From the sequence record OR805293.1: a stretch of DNA of 64,000 bases. One strand, 5' to 3'. The translations under genes and the position numbers were made by a program. Below the pieces are notes generated by a model. That model saw only the letters and a program-made list of their open reading frames with translations, was not told the origin of the DNA and did no database searches. Shown one piece after another: positions 58,941-64,000 of this stretch (the first letter of the stretch is position 1; each line of letters begins with the position of its first letter).

Positions 58941-60419
58941 ATGGCATTTGATGATATATTCGGTACAATAGCCGGCGCTGCTGGTGATATATTTGGGGCA
59001 ACAGTGGGAGAAGCAGGAAATATTTTGTCTTCTGTTGCTACCCGGTCTGCTAAGAAATTTTTAGGCGGTTTAATTGGCGACGGGCATGGCGCATATCTAA
59101 GAGATAGTAGACATGCAACATATAATTTTGGTCTTAGGGGTTCGTATATACAACAGAACTATCCTAGGTCTAAGTTTCAATATCTTGTAAAAATAAACTA
59201 TAATACTATAGATCCGGTAAAATCGTTTGTTGATACTTATTTAAATAGAGATGAACAAGATATGATAGTTCCTCTAATAAAACGTATCGATATGCCATCT
59301 ATGCAAATAGATACAGAAAAATTAAATCAATATAATAAATGGCGTATTTCTCAAACAAAGATAAAATTCCAGCCTATTACAATGGTGTTACACGATGTAG
59401 TAGATGGAAAAACATTACGTTTTTGGGAAATGTATTATGAATATTATTTTAATGATGGTGTTTACGCCAAGAAAACATCAGATTCTATAAGTAATTTTGA
59501 TCCCATTAGAAATACATTAAGAAGGGGCGAGTTAAACGTATCTGAGTTTTATAATGATATTATCTCTAAAGAAGGTGTTTTTAAACGAGATTTTGGATTT
59601 AGGTTAGATACTCAAGTGTTTAATACAACTTCGTTTATAGGAAAATATAGTAGATATTTGTTTGACTCTATTGATATATATCAGGTTCACGGACAATCAT
59701 ATTCTAGAGCAAGATTAGTAAATCCCAGAATAACAGATTTTAGACATGATGCATTAGCATATGACAATTCTAGCGATTTAATGGAATTAACATTTACATT
59801 TGAATACGAAGATGTAGTGTATGATAACTTTGTTAGGCCATTGGCTGAAACTGAACTTGAATTTTATGATAATGCTAATAATTTAGAATTAGATTATCAA
59901 CCTGCCCGTCCGCCAGTTAGTGTTAGGGTAAGAAACGACAGTACTGAGGGTGGTTTCGGCAGATCTTCGTCTGGATTAGGTAATGTATTGGGTGATATTA
60001 CGGGGGATATATTCGGCGGAATTCGGTCTGGTGTATCTACAGTTTTAGATGCAACTGGTGTAAATGGTGTGTTAGATAATATAGGAGTAGGCGCAGTATT
60101 AGGAAGCGCTGCTAATAGCGTATTAGGAAATATTGAGCGAAATGTAACAGACTATGTTACTACTTTTCCTGAAAATGCAGCCAGGGCAGTAGGTGAAAGT
60201 ATATTTACAGGAGAAGTAGAATTCCCGGTAGATCCGAAAGGTTCTATGAGAAAAATATTAGATCAAGCAAAATCAGAAACTACTGGAACTATACGAAGAA
60301 CATTTGAAACTGGTGTAAATACTGCTATAACTGGTGTTTTAAATGGCGCAGGAAAAATTATAGATAATCCCAGGGGATCTAGAAATACAAACGTATCTAA
60401 CAGGAGTGTTGGATTATAA
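58941..60419 (+). CDS. Tail-tube-fold protein (gp19/gp54-like) with Gly-rich C-terminus
   Basis: IDMPSMQIDTEKLNQYN...FQPITMVLHD...FWEMYYEYYF tube-like core. Confidence 0.65.
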   Translation: MAFDDIFGTIAGAAGDIFGATVGEAGNILSSVATRSAKKFLGGLIGDGHGAYLRDSRHATYNFGLRGSYIQQNYPRSKFQYLVKINYNTIDPVKSFVDTYLNRDEQDMIVPLIKRIDMPSMQIDTEKLNQYNKWRISQTKIKFQPITMVLHDVVDGKTLRFWEMYYEYYFNDGVYAKKTSDSISNFDPIRNTLRRGELNVSEFYNDIISKEGVFKRDFGFRLDTQVFNTTSFIGKYSRYLFDSIDIYQVHGQSYSRARLVNPRITDFRHDALAYDNSSDLMELTFTFEYEDVVYDNFVRPLAETELEFYDNANNLELDYQPARPPVSVRVRNDSTEGGFGRSSSGLGNVLGDITGDIFGGIRSGVSTVLDATGVNGVLDNIGVGAVLGSAANSVLGNIERNVTDYVTTFPENAARAVGESIFTGEVEFPVDPKGSMRKILDQAKSETTGTIRRTFETGVNTAITGVLNGAGKIIDNPRGSRNTNVSNRSVGL

Positions 60420-60874
60420 TGGCACTTGATAGATTTAGTATAGACATGTTGAAGCGTAGAGGAGCTTCTAAGAAAGTAATACAAACGGGTTCGTCTTTAG
60501 TTAACACATTTGAAAATGGATCTGGTTTTGATAATGCTTTGGATGCTACTAGTCTTATTCTAGACAATTATGGAAATTCTTCAGTCGGCGCCGTTAATTC
60601 GAATATGTTTTTTGCTCTACGATCATTTTTTGTAAGTAAACATACTTCTTTACCTAACGCAGAAACACTAGCATTGATGATGTTAGATGCAGCTAAGCTA
60701 CTAAATAAACCACCGATGACATTAGCAGAAGAAGTGGCAAGTACGGGACAATTAATGTTAGGAAATGACACATATACTGTATTAAATTTTTTAAGACCTG
60801 CCGGAGAAAAGCAAAATCTATTAATAATAAACGATAATTCTGGGAAATTCAGAGGAAGGAACGTCAAATTATAA
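60419..60874 (+). CDS. Hypothetical virion-associated protein
   Basis: Coupled in late operon. Confidence 0.65.
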   Translation: MALDRFSIDMLKRRGASKKVIQTGSSLVNTFENGSGFDNALDATSLILDNYGNSSVGAVNSNMFFALRSFFVSKHTSLPNAETLALMMLDAAKLLNKPPMTLAEEVASTGQLMLGNDTYTVLNFLRPAGEKQNLLIINDNSGKFRGRNVKL

Positions 60875-61302
60875 TGGGTAGTTACAAGCAAGGAACGTAT
60901 ATTCCGAAGAATCCTGGAAAATATATAGGAAAAAAATTACCATACTATAGATCTGCATGGGAATATAAATTTATGCAGACAGTTGACGAAAATGTGGCTG
61001 TGATTGAATGGGCCAGCGAACCCATTTCTATTCCTTATTTTAATCCAGTTACAAACAAACAATCGTTATATGTGCCAGATTTTTTAATGGTATACGTTGA
61101 TAGTAAGGGCAACAAACACACCGAAATAGTCGAAATAAAACCGAGAAAAGAAACATTTTTAGAACATGCTAAAACTAAACAAGATAAATATCGGTTAGCA
61201 ATGAATGCAGCAAAATGGCAAGCAGCCGCTAATTTTTGCTCTGCACGGGGTATAAGATTTAGAGTAATTAACGAAGACCATATTTACAGGAATCCTAAAT
61301 AA
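60874..61302 (+). CDS. gp4: Head completion nuclease
   Basis: PKNPGKYIG...YRSAWE...WASE...YVPDF...EIKP. Confidence 0.9.
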   Translation: MGSYKQGTYIPKNPGKYIGKKLPYYRSAWEYKFMQTVDENVAVIEWASEPISIPYFNPVTNKQSLYVPDFLMVYVDSKGNKHTEIVEIKPRKETFLEHAKTKQDKYRLAMNAAKWQAAANFCSARGIRFRVINEDHIYRNPK

Positions 61303-61303
61303 C

Positions 61304-61810
61304 ATGACTAAAAGATTAGAAGAAGTATTTGATTTTGCTTCGTTTGACGAAGAAGCGCCGGCAGAAATTATAGAAACTGCTAACGAAGAGGATGTTTCTG
61401 GCCAAATAGTAGACATAAATTCTCAATCGGATAAAATTGATGCAGCATTAGTTGGTGTAACTCAATTAGATAGTCATGACAGAGATATGGATGAAATTGC
61501 AAAAACTGCAATGGATGCATACCGCGATTTGTGGGATATAAGTCAAAACATACATGATGCCCAAGTAAGTAAAGTGTTAGAAGTGGCACATAATATGCTT
61601 AAAACTGCCCAGGACGCCAAGGAAGCAAAAAATTATAGAAAATTAAAAATGGTAGAGTTACAAATTAAAAAAGCAAGATTGGATTGGGAAATGACTCATA
61701 AAAAAACGTCCACAGATGCCCCTGCCGGATCTAATGGTGTATATTTTGATAGAAATGAGCTAATCGGTCTTCTTTTAAATAAGGATAATGATAACTCTGC
61801 AGATAAATAA
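61304..61810 (+). CDS. Hypothetical protein (possibly small terminase-like)
   Basis: Helical 168-aa ORF after gp4; function not assignable from sequence. Confidence 0.6.
   Translation: MTKRLEEVFDFASFDEEAPAEIIETANEEDVSGQIVDINSQSDKIDAALVGVTQLDSHDRDMDEIAKTAMDAYRDLWDISQNIHDAQVSKVLEVAHNMLKTAQDAKEAKNYRKLKMVELQIKKARLDWEMTHKKTSTDAPAGSNGVYFDRNELIGLLLNKDNDNSADK
61802..61809 (+). promoter_or_regulatory. Putative late promoter GATAAATA
   Basis: 26 nt upstream of ORF 61835. Confidence 0.65.
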
Positions 61811-61834
61811 AATAAATTATAAAGGAAGATATAA

Positions 61835-62437
61835 ATGAAATCTTTCAGAGATTATTACGATGCGTCAAAACGCAAATATTCGTTTGTAATTAAAATAGCT
61901 ACAGACGAAATAAATTCTGAACAAAAATCTGTATTAGAATCTAGTTTAGTAAAATATGATATACTTTCATTTTCTAATTTTAAAGAAACTCCTTATCAAT
62001 TAAATCCGTTAGATTTTCCTAATATACCTTGTTCTAAAGTATTCATAGCAGAAATAGAGATGGTATATCCGGCTACACCGGATTTATTAAGAAATTATAT
62101 ATCTAAAGCACTCTGTATAAAAGAAAGCAATGTTCTGGTATTTACGTCTGAAGATCCTAGATTAGAAGACGCAAAAGAATTCGTGTACAGACAAAGTAAA
62201 GAATACAAAGATAATTATAAACCAGTATTAGGTTCGGAAGAAATATGGAAAACTGAAGCACCATATGGCGACGAATCAGTTAAAGAAGCACTAGCGGCAG
62301 CTCCTGCAAAAGAAGATAGTTATGTAACTAACAATCTAATTCCGGCGCAAAAACTAGATAAAATAAACAATAAAGAAGTTGTAGTTCCTAATAACAATGC
62401 TGTTATAGGTACTAATGATTATAGAAATAAAAGATAA
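61835..62437 (+). CDS. Hypothetical late protein
   Basis: AAGGA RBS, late promoter. Confidence 0.7.
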   Translation: MKSFRDYYDASKRKYSFVIKIATDEINSEQKSVLESSLVKYDILSFSNFKETPYQLNPLDFPNIPCSKVFIAEIEMVYPATPDLLRNYISKALCIKESNVLVFTSEDPRLEDAKEFVYRQSKEYKDNYKPVLGSEEIWKTEAPYGDESVKEALAAAPAKEDSYVTNNLIPAQKLDKINNKEVVVPNNNAVIGTNDYRNKR

Positions 62438-62466
62438 AGGGCCCAGGGTCCTAGATAGGAGAAATC

Positions 62467-63972
62467 ATGTTTAATATTAATGACATTCTGCGTCTAGCAG
62501 GAGTTCAGGCAGTTAAAGAATCAGAAATATGCGATGATAAAGACTGCACTGATGCCGAATGCCCTGTGCATGGCAAAGACAAAGTAGAAGAAACTGCATC
62601 TGCAGGAGCATCATCAGCAGGCGGAATAGCTTCTGTTGCAAAACCATTTACCGAAGATGACGACGATAATTATGATTGGTTGGCAGCCCAACAACGTCGT
62701 TCTCGCCAATATCGCCCAGGCGAATTTGAATTCGATGAGGTTAGTAAATTAGATGAAGAAAAGGATGAAGATGGAAATAGAATTTTCCACACATTTAAAT
62801 CTTGGGTCCGCGCATGTAAAGCATTAAAACCTGGTGTTAGATTTGAGGGTGACGAAGACATATGCCAGGCATTCGGCTGCGGCGAATGGGATGGAGAAAC
62901 CGGATATATTTCTAAAGATGCTCCGTACCCTACTAAATGGGATAATTCAGTTAATGAAGATTCTGCGTTTGATGAATTGGCAGGAACTGCAGATGATTAT
63001 TCTGATGATATTTCGTTTGGCATAGATGATAGCGATGACGTTACACATTACAGAAATAACTTTGAAGTAACTGATGTCGATGATATGATACAAGATATAC
63101 TTGCATATAGTGATATATATAAGGATCAGGCAAAACTAGAAACTTTACCATATGCAGTTATAAAGCGAATTCACGATAAAGTTATGGGTGAAACATTTGA
63201 ATCTACTTTAGATGAAATATCTAAATTGGCTGGAATATCTAATGTAGAAGAAAGTGTGCATGATATGGATATTCCTAAGACCGGATATGCATTTAATGAT
63301 CCTAAAAAAGACCCTACATTAGATGATGATTACAAAGCTGTTTCTTTAGAAGAATTAGAGAATGCATATAGAATTCTTAAAAACGCAGGTCTTAATGTAT
63401 CTGCAGAAGAAATAAAAGCAGTAATAGATAGAAGAAAAAATGTGTCAGAAGCATCGCCTAATTTAGATAAAGCAGCTAGTGATTATACTTTAAAAAATTT
63501 CGGTGACTTCGATAACGACGACGAAGACGACGAAGACGACGAAGATCTAAATGATTTAGAAAATTCGGAAGATTTTGAAGATATACCTGTAGATTTCGAT
63601 ATAGATCTTGGACCTGGAACAGTCGGAAGCGAAGTTGCTAATTCAGTAGATGATATTGCAGAAATTATAGCAGATATATTGATGACTAGTAACAAGTATA
63701 ATAGCGAGCAAGAATTAGTCAATATGCCAGTTCAGAGACTCCGTGCTATACATAAATCATTAATGGACGAAGGCGCAGTCACTTCAATAAATACTAATAC
63801 AGTAGATGCTAACGACTATTTCCCTAACGGATATGATGGAAATGTAGTAGGCGCTGCAGGCCCGTCTAGTGCAAAATCTGGCGATAATGCTTTACAAAAA
63901 GCATTTGCATCCGAGAGTATAGATGATATAAGAGCGTCGTTGCATGAAGCCCTTAATAAATTTAAAGGTTAA
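62467..63972 (+). CDS. Highly acidic putative internal head protein
   Basis: Asp/Glu-rich; ILRLAG and ISKLAG motifs like the gp22 C-terminus; AGGAG RBS. Confidence 0.65.
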   Translation: MFNINDILRLAGVQAVKESEICDDKDCTDAECPVHGKDKVEETASAGASSAGGIASVAKPFTEDDDDNYDWLAAQQRRSRQYRPGEFEFDEVSKLDEEKDEDGNRIFHTFKSWVRACKALKPGVRFEGDEDICQAFGCGEWDGETGYISKDAPYPTKWDNSVNEDSAFDELAGTADDYSDDISFGIDDSDDVTHYRNNFEVTDVDDMIQDILAYSDIYKDQAKLETLPYAVIKRIHDKVMGETFESTLDEISKLAGISNVEESVHDMDIPKTGYAFNDPKKDPTLDDDYKAVSLEELENAYRILKNAGLNVSAEEIKAVIDRRKNVSEASPNLDKAASDYTLKNFGDFDNDDEDDEDDEDLNDLENSEDFEDIPVDFDIDLGPGTVGSEVANSVDDIAEIIADILMTSNKYNSEQELVNMPVQRLRAIHKSLMDEGAVTSINTNTVDANDYFPNGYDGNVVGAAGPSSAKSGDNALQKAFASESIDDIRASLHEALNKFKG

Positions 63973-64000
63973 TATTATGTTAAGGAAATAAAAGGGTGTT

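Noticed and set aside
61304-61810. Calling this gene the small terminase
   Set aside because: Position is suggestive but no diagnostic motif is recognisable and the large terminase is not in the window

Overview
A 64-kb, AT-rich segment of a large T4-superfamily (jumbo-type) myophage infecting a Gram-negative host. It holds most of the virion morphogenesis genes: baseplate gp6/gp25/gp5/hub/gp53, tape measure, portal gp20, protease gp21, scaffold gp22, capsid gp23, neck gp13/gp14, gp15, sheath gp18, tube gp19, gp4 and four fibre-like proteins. It also has late sigma gp55, gp46/gp47, a Holliday-junction resolvase, rIIA/rIIB, DHFR, dNMP kinase, glutaredoxin, an M3 oligopeptidase, a convergent SAR-endolysin/holin/spanin cassette and two Hef-like homing endonucleases. 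Four signals lie outside the ORF track: (1) a ~900-nt ORF-free, heavily base-paired transcription unit (10978-11883) with a consensus sigma70 promoter, an upstream late promoter and a terminator, a candidate giant ncRNA, followed by a cluster of perfect palindromes; (2) an unannotated 50-codon ArfA-like ribosome-rescue gene (50944-51096) with an intrinsic terminator before its stop codon, the non-stop design of arfA/brfA; (3) a -1 frameshift signal (U UUU UUC, 6-nt spacer, 10-bp stem) fusing the gp26-like chaperone to a start-less gp51-like ORF; (4) a second ~285-nt multi-hairpin ncRNA candidate (38176-38459). Protein assignments come from motif recognition, not database searches.
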